IMG/VR virus record: IMGVR_UViG_3300022890_000430
Location: 1-26,661 of that record
Source: a virus
Taxonomy: Duplodnaviria > Caudoviricetes
DNA: 26,661 nt
Strand: one strand, 5' to 3'
The notes beneath the pieces were generated by a model, which saw only the letters and a program-made list of their open reading frames with translations, was not told where the DNA came from and did no database searches. Within the stretch, counting starts at the first letter, position 1, and each line of letters opens with the position of its first letter. The position numbers and the translations under genes are program-made. Shown one piece after another: positions 26,106 to 26,661 of the stretch.

Positions 26106-26370
26106 TGATTAAACAACAGTACCCAATGCTAGTTGACGGCCTGGAGTTCTACGACTCCAAGGAGTTCAGGGCGCTGTGTAAGAGGTTTGGGATACCCCAC
26201 ACCGGATTGACTATGGATATGGAAATAGTGATTCCACATCGTGGATATGCAAAGGTTACACACCAGTTTCATATTCGTAGGTTGGAAACGGAAAATGTCA
26301 AGCCACAGCCTCCAGAGAATTTGGATACGCCTGAGGGATTGATCCCCACGCAAGAGGACCGTGACTAATG
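26093..26370 (+). repeat. 15-bp direct repeat GGACCGTGACTAATG at 26093-26107 and 26356-26370
   Basis: Exact copies at two consecutive gene junctions. Confidence 0.95.
26105..26368 (+). CDS. Hypothetical inserted gene
   Basis: TAATG-coupled at both ends; flanked by a 15-bp direct repeat. Confidence 0.65.
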   Translation: MIKQQYPMLVDGLEFYDSKEFRALCKRFGIPHTGLTMDMEIVIPHRGYAKVTHQFHIRRLETENVKPQPPENLDTPEGLIPTQEDRD

Positions 26371-26661
26371 TCAGGCATGGAAGAAAGAGACCTGCATCAG
26401 AAGGCTATGTATTGGGCTGCCTCTGGAGAGTTTGACAACTATGGAGAGCCGAAGATTTCTTCTAGCCCAATAGAAATCAACGTGAGGTGGGAGTACAAGC
26501 AAACGGAAGTTATTGATGCTCAAGGAAACACTCGCACAGTAAACGCAATTGCTGTGGTGGATAGGGTAGTCCCCTTGGGAAGCGTCTTTTGGTTAGGTAC
26601 GCAACGCGCGTACAACGCACTAACGAATCCCACTAGGTATTACGTCTTCAGGTACAAATCG
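26368..26661 (+). CDS. Head closure/completion protein, 3'-truncated
   Basis: Open from ATG 26368 to the window end: MSGMEERDLHQKAMYW...DNYGEP.....EI.VRWE......DAQG. Confidence 0.65.
   Translation, partial: MSGMEERDLHQKAMYWAASGEFDNYGEPKISSSPIEINVRWEYKQTEVIDAQGNTRTVNAIAVVDRVVPLGSVFWLGTQRAYNALTNPTRYYVFRYKS

Overview
A segment of a tailed dsDNA bacteriophage (Caudoviricetes) genome or prophage; the host cannot be determined from the sequence. The left part (1-13.6 kb) is a DNA-modification and replication module: an aGPT-Pplase1/5-hmdU-DNA-kinase-helical-family gene (5'-truncated), a ParB/DGQHR-like protein, a Mom-like GNAT, an H1-like wHTH regulator, a HAD nucleotidase, a thymidylate-synthase-fold enzyme (probable dUMP hydroxymethylase), MazG, a primase, a P-loop ATPase and two N4/N6 DNA methyltransferases. 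The middle (13.8-15.4 kb) holds small accessory ORFs. The right part (15.5-26.7 kb) is a packaging and head module: TerS, TerL, portal, gpF/gp7, protease/scaffold, decoration, major capsid and head-completion proteins. Four endonuclease-carrying insertions with four different architectures sit inside host genes: an HNH intein at the catalytic Cys of the TS-fold gene; a LAGLIDADG intein in MTase 2; a non-intein insertion in MTase 1 hiding an out-of-frame HNH gene with its own -10 box and RBS; and, most unusual, an Ala1 (KlbA-like) intein in gpF whose putative Vsr/DUF559-like endonuclease is encoded on the antisense strand, with a candidate extended -10 promoter formed by the intein's block-F codons. 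All family assignments come from motif recognition by eye; no database searches were run.
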